Of a stretch of 64,000 nucleotides of DNA, positions 30,169-40,067 are shown piece after piece (position 1 is the stretch's first letter; each line of letters starts with the position of its first letter). Location of the stretch: contig CAVZRV010000007.1 of NCBI GenBank assembly GCA_963777605.1, positions 192,001 through 256,000 on the forward strand. The letters run 5' to 3'. Both the position numbers and the translations under genes were made by a program. Source of the stretch: an uncultured Acidobacteriota bacterium. GTDB lineage: Bacteria > Acidobacteriota > UBA6911 > RPQK01 > JAPXNP01. The notes beneath the pieces are model-generated. The model did no database searches. It saw nothing but the letters and a program-made list of their open reading frames with translations, and was not told where the DNA came from.

Positions 30169-32400
30169 TTACACCGGGTAATCAAGAGCCTCTGGGATCA
30201 TGACCTGAGCAACCGCCGTTGCCGCCCTGTCCTTGGCAAGACGGCTGCCGGTGAGGCAACCGTCCAACTTCATGCGCTTGCGGGCAAAATCCTCGAAGCC
30301 ATCGAATCGGACACAGGGCCCCGCCTTCCTGGGGTGACGTTCCTCATCCACCACGTCGGTGTAGGAGCCGGCGGTACCGGAAATGCCGGGGATCACGCTC
30401 TCAAGAACCTCCAGCTCATCGGTGCGGAAGCAGCCGCCACAATCATCGTCATCCCACGCCGGGTGGCGATTGTAGCCGTATACGAGCTGGCTGCAGATCT
30501 TCCCCACTTCGCCCGCCGCCGACGCAGCCTGTACGTGGCAGAGATCGGTCAAAAACTGAACGTATCCGCCCAGGCCTTCGCTAAGAATCGGGTTGTCCGG
30601 CCCCTTCTGCTCAAGTTCGATTACGTCCAGGATCTGGCATCGGCTGGCCAGGAGCCAGCAGAGCGCATCGGCAAGCGGGAAAGTCACCCCCTGGCGCTGT
30701 CCCCGGTAAAGAAGGTTACCCTCGGCGTCCTTGGCATGCTGAAGGTGATGGAGGGTCCAGATCCAAAGTTCCATCGCCGAAGCCAGGCCACAGGCTCCGG
30801 TCCCGGGACGACGAGCAGCGATTCCGCGCATCTCGCGAATCCACTGTCGGAACCTGGCCAGAAAAAGGTCATTGGTCATGGTGATGGAGAGCTGGCGTCG
30901 CTGGACAGCTTCGGGACCTTCGTAGGTGGCCTCGAGCTGGGCATCCATCCACTTCTGGCCGAGGAATCCAGGGCAGTCTTCTGTGATCCCGTATCCGCCC
31001 ATCAGGCTTACCGCTTCTCTCATCATGTTTGCCCCGTGCCCGGTGTTCCAGAGCTTGCAGGCGGGGCAAAGCACGTTGGCCTCGGCATCCTGGATGTAGT
31101 ACTGGACCAAACGGTCCTCCTCCAACTCCCGAAACCGCACTTCATCGCGCTGTTCGCCGGGAGTCTCCTGAAGCCGCAGGTACTCGATGGCATCCTTTTC
31201 GATCTGGCGGATCGCTTTCAGCTTGTCCCGTCCGGACTTGATTCCCCGATACTCGAAGATCTGGTCCTTTTCCCTTTCCAGCGGATCGACCCGGTCGAAG
31301 AGTCGGGCTGTCTCAAACCCCAGTGAGGCCGCGGCTTCTCCGGTTGCCCACACGTCGATGAGGCGATGAAGGGCGTCTTCCTTCTGCTGGAGCCCGAGGT
31401 CGAATCTGGGCGACCCGGGGGCGGCAAGCTCTCCTCCACGAAAACGCTGCCGCTGGTACCGAATAACCGGCTCAACCGCCGAGAGCAGCTTTGCAGCGGT
31501 CATCAAACCGACTGTGACTCGGGTCCGGCGGAAAACGGCCTCGATAACTTCTCCGTGGCTGTACCGGGGCACGATCACGCCGTCCTCGACTCGATAGCCC
31601 CCGATAATCCGGCTCGCAGGGATCTTCAGGCTGAAGACAGGATCCCGGGTCGACGACAGCTGGTGAACCAGTTTCTTGGTCGGGGCCCCCCGGTCGAAAA
31701 CACCCGGGTCCCCCTCTTCCAGGATGACCATGCAGGAGCCCTTGAATCGTTCGTCGTCGCTGTTGACGGCAGCCGTCACGAACCGGGCAAAATCCATATT
31801 GGTGATGAACCGGCCGCGCTTGTCGACCTGCAGGATCGGCTCTCCACCTTCAGGCCATTCAGCGATCCCGACCTTTCCGCCCAGCATACTGGCATCGACA
31901 CCGACATACGGGAGCGGTTCGGTGAGGCTGAACGCACCACGCCAAACCTCCTGGTCCGATCCCGGCTGAGGAACGGCACGTGCCATGTACGTCGCAACCT
32001 GTTCCGGCGTTCCTCGTTCGTGGATTGGAGCCAGGGCGAGACAGCCCGCGAGGCTGCACGTTGCGGCACCTCCGTCAACCCAGGCCAACTCGAACGCAAT
32101 CAGGGCGAGGACCAGGTTCTTGGGGCCTTCGATAAAGCCGCCGTTTTCGGGATCCATAAAAGCTGCGGTTATGCCCGAATCATCGAACGCTTTCAGCAGG
32201 CCGGACTTCGCCGCGGTCCATTCATGGGTGTTTCTGGCACCGTCGGCGACGAGGTGGGCAACCGGTCCCCGGGCCACAGCCCGGGCACTCTGCACCACCA
32301 TCTGAAGATCGAAACGGTCAGGATAGCGCCACATAATCTGGCGCACATCATCTCCGGGCAGGGTCGAGAGTATTTCCGTCATGGGAACTGTTGAACTCAT
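30169..32400 (-). CDS. Large acyl-CoA dehydrogenase family protein
   Basis: AFSLTEP, RFITN, LMGGYGITED, TYEGPEAVQR. Confidence 0.88.
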   Translation of the reverse strand: MSSTVPMTEILSTLPGDDVRQIMWRYPDRFDLQMVVQSARAVARGPVAHLVADGARNTHEWTAAKSGLLKAFDDSGITAAFMDPENGGFIEGPKNLVLALIAFELAWVDGGAATCSLAGCLALAPIHERGTPEQVATYMARAVPQPGSDQEVWRGAFSLTEPLPYVGVDASMLGGKVGIAEWPEGGEPILQVDKRGRFITNMDFARFVTAAVNSDDERFKGSCMVILEEGDPGVFDRGAPTKKLVHQLSSTRDPVFSLKIPASRIIGGYRVEDGVIVPRYSHGEVIEAVFRRTRVTVGLMTAAKLLSAVEPVIRYQRQRFRGGELAAPGSPRFDLGLQQKEDALHRLIDVWATGEAAASLGFETARLFDRVDPLEREKDQIFEYRGIKSGRDKLKAIRQIEKDAIEYLRLQETPGEQRDEVRFRELEEDRLVQYYIQDAEANVLCPACKLWNTGHGANMMREAVSLMGGYGITEDCPGFLGQKWMDAQLEATYEGPEAVQRRQLSITMTNDLFLARFRQWIREMRGIAARRPGTGACGLASAMELWIWTLHHLQHAKDAEGNLLYRGQRQGVTFPLADALCWLLASRCQILDVIELEQKGPDNPILSEGLGGYVQFLTDLCHVQAASAAGEVGKICSQLVYGYNRHPAWDDDDCGGCFRTDELEVLESVIPGISGTAGSYTDVVDEERHPRKAGPCVRFDGFEDFARKRMKLDGCLTGSRLAKDRAATAVAQVMIPEALDYPV

Positions 32401-32643
32401 AGCCTTCTTGTTCTAGCGGGGGTTGACGTTTGGCTAAAGCCGTGCCAAGGGAGAGATGATAGGGGAAAGGGGGATCTTAGTCAATTTCGACGGGCGCGCG
32501 ACCAGTTGGCGGGGAGTGACGTGGGCGGCGGTTTCTGGTTTCTGGTCCCTGGCTGTTCGGGTGCAGTCAAGACATCGGTAACACTTCATGAGGCCCAGAG
32601 GCCGAAAGCCAGCACCTCGCCGGGGCTGCCCGGGGTCGGACTC

Positions 32644-32670
32644 GCCGGGCAGGATGCCCGGCCGACCTAC
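32644..32670 (-). repeat. REP-like GTAG hairpin, second class
   Basis: Minus strand GTAGGTCG-GCCGGGCA-TCC-TGCCCGGC. Confidence 0.55.
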
Positions 32671-32798
32671 CAGGCTGGCAGCCTGGATTACTCTCGCCCC
32701 AGAAACCAGGAACCGGAACCCCGATTCCCACTGCTTCACTGGAACTCTGCCCACGCGCTGATTGCCCGTCCGTGACACGCCGATTCTCAGAATTTGCA

Positions 32799-32807
32799 TG
32801 TTATAAT
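32799..32807 (+). promoter_or_regulatory. Extended -10 promoter of the tRNA
   Basis: TGTTATAAT ending 12 nt upstream of the tRNA 5' end. Confidence 0.65.
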
Positions 32808-32819
32808 GTCCGACTTCGG

Positions 32820-32895
32820 GCCGGCGTAGCTCAATCGGTAGAGCGACGCATTCGTAATGCGTAGGTTGGGGGTTCAATTCCCTTCGCCGGCTCCA
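32820..32895 (+). tRNA. tRNA-Thr(CGT)
   Basis: Acceptor GCCGGCG/CGCCGGC, D arm GCTC/GAGC, anticodon arm ACGCA-TTCGTAA-TGCGT, T loop TTCAATT, encoded CCA. Confidence 0.97.
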
Positions 32896-32911
32896 CCATT
32901 CTTTCATCCGC

Positions 32912-33250
32912 ATGGCACAAGAAAGAAGGAAGTTTTACCGCTGGCCACTTTCGCTCCACTGCGTCTGCCGCAGCGAGGCAGGCACCTTCACGGCTGAAAT
33001 CTCCAACCTCTCGTTCGGAGGCGCCCGAGTCGTCAGGGCTACCATCATCCCTTCCGAGGGCTCCGACATCGACGTTGTTCTCCACCGGAAGGACTACAGC
33101 GTTTCGTTCCGTTGCCATGTCTACTATGTGGAGCAGGGTGGCGACGCGGCTTTCGGAATCGAGTTTTACGGCACTCAGGAAGAGCGCACTCAGAAACTTC
33201 TCCCCCTGATGCGAAGTTCCGTCGAAACGGGCGAAGACTTAGTCCACTGA
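32912..33250 (+). CDS. PilZ domain protein (c-di-GMP receptor)
   Basis: ERRKFYR (RxxxR) and NLSFGG (D/NxSxxG). Confidence 0.85.
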   Translation: MAQERRKFYRWPLSLHCVCRSEAGTFTAEISNLSFGGARVVRATIIPSEGSDIDVVLHRKDYSVSFRCHVYYVEQGGDAAFGIEFYGTQEERTQKLLPLMRSSVETGEDLVH

Positions 33251-34036
33251 ACTGACTTCGCGGATCTTCAAATAGTGTCGGTGGAGCACCATCAATCCCC
33301 AAACCATAGCAAGAATCATCAGGGCGGCCCCTGCCCAGTGTGATGCGGTTGCGATTCCCTGATCATGGCTGAGGAGCCCCGTTTCGTTGAGAAGGTATTG
33401 CCAGTCGTGGAAGCCGTAGGGAGCTGTCTGCCCGGTGTTTCCGCCAATCAGGGGAAGGATTCCGGCCCGAGCATCGTTGATATAGGGCGCTATGTCAACG
33501 AAGTTCTCGCCGAACCACCATAGCGAAACCGCCCCGCCGAACGGGTCTCCGGTCCGCCACACCAGCGTCACCCCACAGATCAGTGGGATCAGCAACTGGC
33601 CGAGAGTCCCGCCCAAAGATGCGACGAATTTCCCCAGGGGAGAGAAGAAGATGTGGCCGGCCTCGTGAAACGGGAGGTTGATCAGATGCAGAAAGCTGTT
33701 GCCAGCCCCGTTCGACCCGGGGGAACTGAGAATCAGGGAGAGCCCCCAGAGAGCAAGCGCCGCGAGGAAGATTCCCCGGGCCGCCAGTCCGGCTCCCCCG
33801 GTCTCCTCAGGCAGGTTGAGCAACCATTCGGAAAGCCGGTCGGAGCCAAAGTCAACAACCGCGGGTGGGGGCGGTGGTGGAGGACTTGCAGTACTTGGAA
33901 GACTCCGGAGTCGAAGGTACTTCTCGACCACAATCCCGCAGTCGGGACAGTCCAGGAAGGGGACCTTACCTGAATAGCCACAGTTTGGACAAAGCGTAAC
34001 TCGTTTCATCACCGTCCCAAACGGTTCCTCGTCCAT
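33239..34036 (-). CDS. Zinc-ribbon membrane protein with HExxH (M50-like)
   Basis: CPNC...CPDC, LPFHEAGH, HDW and TM helices. Confidence 0.7.
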   Translation of the reverse strand: MDEEPFGTVMKRVTLCPNCGYSGKVPFLDCPDCGIVVEKYLRLRSLPSTASPPPPPPPAVVDFGSDRLSEWLLNLPEETGGAGLAARGIFLAALALWGLSLILSSPGSNGAGNSFLHLINLPFHEAGHIFFSPLGKFVASLGGTLGQLLIPLICGVTLVWRTGDPFGGAVSLWWFGENFVDIAPYINDARAGILPLIGGNTGQTAPYGFHDWQYLLNETGLLSHDQGIATASHWAGAALMILAMVWGLMVLHRHYLKIREVSSVD

Positions 34037-34158
34037 GCATATCGGCAGGACCTGCCATGGTCTTCAGCTTTGGATGAGCCGGAATTCGGAGAATGCTCTC
34101 GTGGAGGAGGAACAACTCACGCCGACCCAAAAACCGGTTGATGCTAAGCTCAAGTGTA

Positions 34159-35019
34159 ATGAAACTGACGAGACGGCAGCTCTTGCTGTCCGCCGGAGTA
34201 TCGTCCTTTGGCATATCGGCTGTCGCGGCCGGGACCGGTTTCTACGGCGGCTATTTCGAAACCGAGTGGCTGGAAGTCACCCGGATTGCGATTCCGATTC
34301 AGGGACTGCCGGAAGGTTTGGACGGATTTCGAATCCTCCAACTGAGCGACTTTCACCTCTTTCCGCACACGCGCATCGAGTTCATTCGGGAAGTCATTGA
34401 CCAAGCCAACACCTTTGACCCCGACCTCATCACGCTGACCGGCGACTTCGTGTTGGGCAACGTCGACTCCATTTTCGAACTCGCCCCGGCATTGGCCCGC
34501 CTCAATGCCCGGTTTGGGATCTACTCAGTCCTGGGAAACCATGATCTCTGGAAGGGGAAAAAGGTGGTCGAAGAAGGATTGGCCGCCGAAGGCCTGGAGT
34601 TGCTGACCAACCGAGGGATCAACCTTACCGTCGGAAGAAACACGATCTACCTGGCCGGGGTAGACGACTGCTGGTCGGGTCAGCCGGACCTCGAAGCAGC
34701 CATGGATAAGTGCCCGGAAAACGCGACCACGATCTTGCTCTCGCACGAACCGGACCCGGCAGACAATTACTCGCAGGATTCCCGGATTTCCCTTCAACTG
34801 TCTGGCCATAGCCATGGAGGGCAAGTTCGAATTCCGTTCTGGGGATCTCCGTTTCTGCCCCCATTCGGACGGGTCTACGACCAGGGCCTTTTCAAGGTGG
34901 GGAAAATGTGGCTCTACACTAATCGCGGGGTGGGAGTTACCGTACCGATCCGGCTGAACTGCCGTCCTGAGCTCACCGTCATCACCTTGACTCGGGACGT
35001 TGCGGCGGTGCCGGCATAG
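34159..35019 (+). CDS. Metallophosphoesterase (YkuE/YaeI-like), Tat signal
   Basis: TRRQLL, SDFH, TGDFV, GNHD, SHEPD, SGHSHGGQ. Confidence 0.92.
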   Translation: MKLTRRQLLLSAGVSSFGISAVAAGTGFYGGYFETEWLEVTRIAIPIQGLPEGLDGFRILQLSDFHLFPHTRIEFIREVIDQANTFDPDLITLTGDFVLGNVDSIFELAPALARLNARFGIYSVLGNHDLWKGKKVVEEGLAAEGLELLTNRGINLTVGRNTIYLAGVDDCWSGQPDLEAAMDKCPENATTILLSHEPDPADNYSQDSRISLQLSGHSHGGQVRIPFWGSPFLPPFGRVYDQGLFKVGKMWLYTNRGVGVTVPIRLNCRPELTVITLTRDVAAVPA

Positions 35020-35047
35020 CTTGGGCAGAGCGAATCCGTCAACTGGT

Positions 35048-35128
35048 GTGGCACGGGCGGCCCCGGACGTGCGCCGGAAGAACAAAACGATAAGTTCCGT
35101 GGGCCACAGGCGGGGACGCCTGTGCCAC
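35048..35128. repeat. Inverted pair of GTGG-type REP-like hairpins
   Basis: GTGGCACGGGCGGCCCCGGACGTG and CACAGGCGGGGACGCCTGTGCCAC between convergent genes. Confidence 0.6.
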
Positions 35129-35269
35129 TCTGGCGGCCAGCGCTTGTGGCCCCCTTCCGCCGTGCCGTTCAATTCCCGTTGATCGCCGCGGCGCGGGAGA
35201 GGGGCCGATTCGTTCGAAGCCGGCAGCGGAGACTCACGATCGCCGCTGCCAGCCGATTGTCACGCGGCC

Positions 35270-35926
35270 TTACTCGGCGGCATCGAGATCGCGAACATAG
35301 ATATCCTTGAACATCATGTTCCCTAGCCCGCCGGAGTGCAGTTGAAGTGCAATATACCCGTCTGATACCTCGGGTTTGGGATTAGTGAAATCAAGCACCT
35401 GGACCCCGTTCAGATAGCAGACATAACGGTTCCCCTCGACCTTCAGCAGCATCTCGTTCCAGTCGGTGGGCCGGATCAGAGGCTCGAATTCAGGAGCGGG
35501 CCAAGCTTCCCACCCGCGGTTGTCACCGTAAACTCCCCCGCTGTGGTGGCCGATAGTCCGGTCGATTTCAAACTGGCGTCCCTGGCTCACATCGACCGTT
35601 CCAGGCTTGAAGTCGGTATGGAAGTAGACGCCGCTATTGCCGTCGGCCAGGCACTTGAAACGGAGGAACATGTGGAAGTTCTTGTACTTCTTCTCCGTCC
35701 GAAGGTACCCGTAAGCACTGGTCACGCCTTCACCATGAATCTCGCCGTCAGCGGTGACCTCCCACTTCTCCTGACCAACCTTGACCCAGTTGGTCAAGTC
35801 TTTCCCGGTGAAGAGCTTCACCCAGGATTCACCCGGCAGGGGCGGCCTCTGTGGCCGCTGCCCGTAGACGGAAACGAGGAAGAAAAGGCACACGCTGATG
35901 AAGACGAACGAACGATTCCTGGTCAT
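35270..35926 (-). CDS. DUF1080 (3-keto-disaccharide hydrolase) family, secreted
   Basis: WVKLFTGKDLTNW, GNSGVYF, GYIALQLH, FKDIYVR. Confidence 0.88.
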   Translation of the reverse strand: MTRNRSFVFISVCLFFLVSVYGQRPQRPPLPGESWVKLFTGKDLTNWVKVGQEKWEVTADGEIHGEGVTSAYGYLRTEKKYKNFHMFLRFKCLADGNSGVYFHTDFKPGTVDVSQGRQFEIDRTIGHHSGGVYGDNRGWEAWPAPEFEPLIRPTDWNEMLLKVEGNRYVCYLNGVQVLDFTNPKPEVSDGYIALQLHSGGLGNMMFKDIYVRDLDAAE

Positions 35927-36024
35927 TAAACTACCCCTTTCTGTTTAACAAGTGGCGCTACCTGGCGCCTCTTTCCATCACTACACGCCCGCGGCCCGGC
36001 AGGAAATCTCAGGACGGGCCGGAC

Positions 36025-37068
36025 TCATTTCTCCAGCCAATTCAGAATCACTTTGCCCGAACTGCCGGATCGCATAATCTCAAATGCTTCACGATAGTCA
36101 GTGTAGTGAAAACGGTGCGTGATCACACTGTTGATGTCGAGACCGGTCAAAATCATGGACTGCATGAGATACCAGGTCTCATACATCTCCCGCCCGTAAA
36201 TCCCACGGATCGTCAGGCTATTGAAGATGACGGTGTTCCAGTCGATGGCCAGCTCTTTAGTCGGGATCCCGAGGAGCGCAACCTTCCCTCCGTGGCAGAG
36301 GTTGGCAAGCATGTCCTGGAAAGCCTGCCCATTGCCCGACATTTCCAGCCCCACGTCAAATCCTTCCTTCATGCCGAGCTCTTTCTGAACGTCAGCGATG
36401 GAGTGCTTGCTGACATCCAGCGCAACCGTGGCACCCATTTTCCGGGCCAATTCAAGCCGGTACGGATTCACATCCGTCGTAACGACATAGCGGGCACCCG
36501 CCTGCTTGGCGATCGCAGTCGCCATGCACCCAATCGGGCCGGCTCCCGTGATCAGGACATCCTCTCCCAAAACCGGATAGGCCAGCGCACTGTGCGTCGC
36601 GTTCCCAAAAGGATCGAATATCGAGAGCAAGTCCATCGGGATGTTCGGATCGGCATGCCAGACGTTCGTGACAGGGATGGACAGGTACTCGGCGTAGGCC
36701 CCGGGCCGGTTGACCCCTACGCCACTCGTTCGTGGGCAGAGGTGCCGTCTGCCTGCCAGGCAGTTTCGACAGCGTCCGCATACAATGTGCCCTTCTCCCG
36801 AGACAATCTCGCCGATCTCCAGGTCGGTCACATTCTCTCCAAAGGCTTCCACCGTACCGACAAATTCATGGCCGATCGTCATCGGAACCGGAATCGTTTT
36901 CTGGGCCCATTCATCCCAGTTCCAGATATGCACGTCGGTACCGCAGATGGAGGTCTTGTGGATCTTGATTAGAACATCATTAATGCCAATTTTGGGGACC
37001 GGGACCTCTTCCAGCCACAAACCCTCGGCACGCTCCCGTTTGACCAGCGCCTTCATCGTTTTTTCCAT
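36025..37068 (-). CDS. tdh: L-threonine 3-dehydrogenase
   Basis: [42 protein letters not shown]. Confidence 0.97.
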   Translation of the reverse strand: MEKTMKALVKRERAEGLWLEEVPVPKIGINDVLIKIHKTSICGTDVHIWNWDEWAQKTIPVPMTIGHEFVGTVEAFGENVTDLEIGEIVSGEGHIVCGRCRNCLAGRRHLCPRTSGVGVNRPGAYAEYLSIPVTNVWHADPNIPMDLLSIFDPFGNATHSALAYPVLGEDVLITGAGPIGCMATAIAKQAGARYVVTTDVNPYRLELARKMGATVALDVSKHSIADVQKELGMKEGFDVGLEMSGNGQAFQDMLANLCHGGKVALLGIPTKELAIDWNTVIFNSLTIRGIYGREMYETWYLMQSMILTGLDINSVITHRFHYTDYREAFEIMRSGSSGKVILNWLEK

Positions 37069-37156
37069 ACTCGGAAATCATAACTCAGAAGCTGAAAAGG
37101 TTCTCCCGGGGTGGGCTGAAAGACTCGCCGGCTTGAACTTCCTCGTGGGATTCGCA

Positions 37157-37963
37157 ATGATAGCTCGGTTCGTGACATTCCTTCTTGCGGTCTGGACACT
37201 ATGGAGACGTGAACTGGTGCGGTTTCTGCGCCAGCGCGGTCGTGTCTTCGGGGCACTGGGTACTCCCCTCTTGATCTGGCTCTTCATCGGTTCGGGCATC
37301 GGCAGTTCGTTCCATCTCCCCGGATCTGAAGGGAACCTCAATTATTTGCAGTACTTCTTCCCGGGGACGATCCTGCTGGTAATCCTGTTCACAACCATCT
37401 TCTCCAGCCTCTCGGTCATCGAAGATCGGAAGGAAGGCTTTCTGCTCTCCGTCCTGGTCGCACCGATCTCGAGACAGGCGATCGTGCTCGGAAAGATTTT
37501 GGGAGCCTCGACGCTTGCGATTGGCCAGGGAGTCCTCCTTCTTGCGCTCAGCCCAATGCTGGGCGTCACCCTGACTTTCGGACGAGTGGTCGAACTGGTA
37601 ATCCTGATCGTTTTGGCATCGCTGGCCCTGTCCGCGCTCGGGTTCGCTTCTGCCTGGAAGACCGGCTCGATGGAGGCATATCACTCGGTGATGAATCTCC
37701 TCCTGTTCCCTCTCTGGCTGTTGTCCGGCGCCGTATTCCCTGCCCAGGGAGCGTTCACGTGGATCCGGTGGATCATGCGACTCAATCCCCTCTCCTACAC
37801 CCTGTCGGGATTGCAGTACCTTCTCTACCAGGCTCCCCCGGGCGCAGCCCAGGGTTCGGGACCATTCATCGTTGCCGTTCTCGTCACAGGCGCATTTGGA
37901 ATCGCCGTTTTCGCAATCTCCGTCGGATTGATCGCTCACGGGAAAATCACCGGGATGGACTGA
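37157..37963 (+). CDS. ABC-2 type transporter permease
   Basis: LWRRELVRF, DRKEGFL..VLVAP, LSGAVFP, NPLSY. Confidence 0.88.
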   Translation: MIARFVTFLLAVWTLWRRELVRFLRQRGRVFGALGTPLLIWLFIGSGIGSSFHLPGSEGNLNYLQYFFPGTILLVILFTTIFSSLSVIEDRKEGFLLSVLVAPISRQAIVLGKILGASTLAIGQGVLLLALSPMLGVTLTFGRVVELVILIVLASLALSALGFASAWKTGSMEAYHSVMNLLLFPLWLLSGAVFPAQGAFTWIRWIMRLNPLSYTLSGLQYLLYQAPPGAAQGSGPFIVAVLVTGAFGIAVFAISVGLIAHGKITGMD

Positions 37964-38379
37964 TGGAGATTCAGGACCTTCCCACTCTGAATGCCACTCT
38001 CAACGGAACGAGCGCACTGCTGCTTAGCGCCGGCTACTACTTCATCCGGCGAAAAGAGACCACCCGACATCGCAATGCCATGATCGGGGCACTGATTTCA
38101 TCAACCCTGTTCCTGATCTCCTACCTCATCTATCACGCCGAGATCGGTTCTCGGCCCTACCACGGACAGGGGTGGATCCGTCCCGTCTATTTCGCGATCC
38201 TGATCAGCCACACGATACTGGCCGCAGCTCTTGTGCCGCTCGTCATCATGACGGTCTCCCGCGCCTGGAAAGGACTCTTCTCCCGACACCGAAGGATCGC
38301 CCGGTACACGTTGCCGATCTGGATCTACGTGTCGGTCACCGGAGTAGTGATCTACTCGATGCTCTATCTGTTGAGTTAG
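37963..38379 (+). CDS. DUF420 membrane protein
   Basis: LPTLNATLNG, FLISYLIYH, ILISHTILA, WIYVSVTGV. Confidence 0.9.
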   Translation: MEIQDLPTLNATLNGTSALLLSAGYYFIRRKETTRHRNAMIGALISSTLFLISYLIYHAEIGSRPYHGQGWIRPVYFAILISHTILAAALVPLVIMTVSRAWKGLFSRHRRIARYTLPIWIYVSVTGVVIYSMLYLLS

Positions 38380-38430
38380 CAGGAGGGAAGGGTTAGACAG
38401 CCCGAGGAAGAGGGCCGGGCCATCCAGGGT

Positions 38431-38685
38431 TCAGGCGACTTCGAATACCTCTTCCTGCTCCTCGTCGCGCGGTTCCATCGGTGGGAGGTCCATTTTCGCG
38501 GACCGAGAGTTCTTCAGGGGCCGCTTGTAGTAATGAGGATGCGCTGCTTTGGAAGCAGAATACACCGCCTCCCAGCAGTTTGGACAGCTGTCCAAATGCA
38601 TCAAAAAATCGAGACGATCATCCTCCTCCAGCCTGTTCTGGAGGAAGCTCACCAAAACCTCGCGTTTGCACTTTTCTGTATTCAT
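38431..38685 (-). CDS. Small zinc-finger (ZAS/zf-HC2-like) protein
   Basis: HLDSCPNC (HxxxCxxC); SD-like GGAG before ATG 38685. Confidence 0.65.
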   Translation of the reverse strand: MNTEKCKREVLVSFLQNRLEEDDRLDFLMHLDSCPNCWEAVYSASKAAHPHYYKRPLKNSRSAKMDLPPMEPRDEEQEEVFEVA

Positions 38686-38702
38686 TTTCAAACTCCAACC
38701 TA

Positions 38703-38732
38703 TTAGACAGTGGCATCCAAGCCAAAGTTTCA
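38703..38732 (-). promoter_or_regulatory. Putative ECF sigma promoter
   Basis: TGAAACTT-N17-TCTAA on the minus strand. Confidence 0.5.
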
Positions 38733-39092
38733 CACACCAAGAAGAAATTCTTGCTTTAGATCGGCGAAATTCGCCATTGTCTTATGACAGGGATCACAAT
38801 CGGCAAAGAAAGTTTCAGGCGGGTGCAGAACCTCTGCTGTGCGAAGGTCAACCGGAAAGGTGTGATTTGGCACAGGTGGTTGAACCGCCAAGGCTCCAAG
38901 AACGACAGAATCTCCTTTCTTTTGAACCCGGGAGAACCCTGGCAATCTAACGCGGATCAGCGGATCAAGAGAACGATGGCCGGTCAAACTCCAGTCCGGC
39001 GGCACCCCCGCGCCTTGCACGATTTAGTCGGGCAGCGGACAGTTTCGATCCCCTTCGAGTCACACCTTCTCAATCTATCCGAAAGGGACCGA

Positions 39093-40064
39093 TTACGATT
39101 CGCTCTCGAACTCCTGGAGAATTGACCGAAAGACCGGCAGTTCGATATTGCACCCGGAATGGACAAGAGCGACCGAGCGGCCGTTCAAGCGATCTCTCAT
39201 CCGGTATGCTGCCGCAAGGCTCGCGGCAGCGGCGGGTTCGGCAACATGATGGGTAGTCCGGAAGAAGCGATAGACCGCGGACCGGATCTCTTCCTCGGTC
39301 ACGGTGACAATCTCATCGATGTGCTGCCGCATAACGGATAGCGGCAGTTCGAAGGGAACCCGCGTAGCAAGACCGTCCGCGATCGTATCCGCCGAGTCTG
39401 TCTGGATAATTCTGCCTTCCTTCCAGGACTGGTAAACCGCCGAAGCCCGTTCGGCCTGCACCCCGATGACCTCCACTTTCGCCTTCAGGGCGCGCGCCAC
39501 GGTCAGGGTCCCGGATGCGCCGCTTCCGCCCCCAATCGGGACGATGATTACATCGACCCGGGGAAGTTCTTCAAAAATCTCCAGTGCGTAGGTCGCCACG
39601 CCGTGGATAAGATGAGGTTCATTCCCCGAGTGAACGTACCGGAGTCCCTCTTTCTGTTGGAGTTCCTCCACTTTCTCTCGGGCCTCGTCGAAATCCCGGC
39701 CATAGACGACCAACTCCGCACCGTAGTTGCGGATGGCCTGGTTCTTCTCCGGGTTGTTGCCTTCCGGAACCACGACAACGCAACGCAACCCAAAGAGCCT
39801 GCTTGCCAGGGCAATCGACTGGCCGTGATTGCCCCTGGTCGCGGTCACCAGACCCTGAGTCGCCCCCTCGGATCGGAGTGCCGAAACCAGGTTGATCCCT
39901 CCCCGGATCTTGAAGGCTCCAGTCGGATTGGATGCTTCATGTTTGACCCAGGCCTGGCAGGAGAGCAGTTGGGACAGGAACGGATATTCGACGAGGGGCG
40001 TCGGCTTGAGATAGGGACGGATTCGCGTTCGAGCTTCGAGAACACCCGCAAGAGAAAGTTCCAT
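39093..40064 (-). CDS. PLP-dependent threonine/serine dehydratase
   Basis: PTGAFKIRG, TRGNHG, PIGGGSG, TIADG. Confidence 0.9.
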   Translation of the reverse strand: MELSLAGVLEARTRIRPYLKPTPLVEYPFLSQLLSCQAWVKHEASNPTGAFKIRGGINLVSALRSEGATQGLVTATRGNHGQSIALASRLFGLRCVVVVPEGNNPEKNQAIRNYGAELVVYGRDFDEAREKVEELQQKEGLRYVHSGNEPHLIHGVATYALEIFEELPRVDVIIVPIGGGSGASGTLTVARALKAKVEVIGVQAERASAVYQSWKEGRIIQTDSADTIADGLATRVPFELPLSVMRQHIDEIVTVTEEEIRSAVYRFFRTTHHVAEPAAAASLAAAYRMRDRLNGRSVALVHSGCNIELPVFRSILQEFESES

Positions 40065-40067
40065 GGC

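Noticed and set aside
32820-33250. Integrated element at tRNA-Thr
   Set aside because: No integrase and no duplicated tRNA 3' end seen; PilZ follows 16 bp downstream.
32820-40064. Threonine regulon (tRNA-Thr, tdh, threonine dehydratase)
   Set aside because: Separate transcription units with unrelated genes between, and no kbl; probably coincidence.
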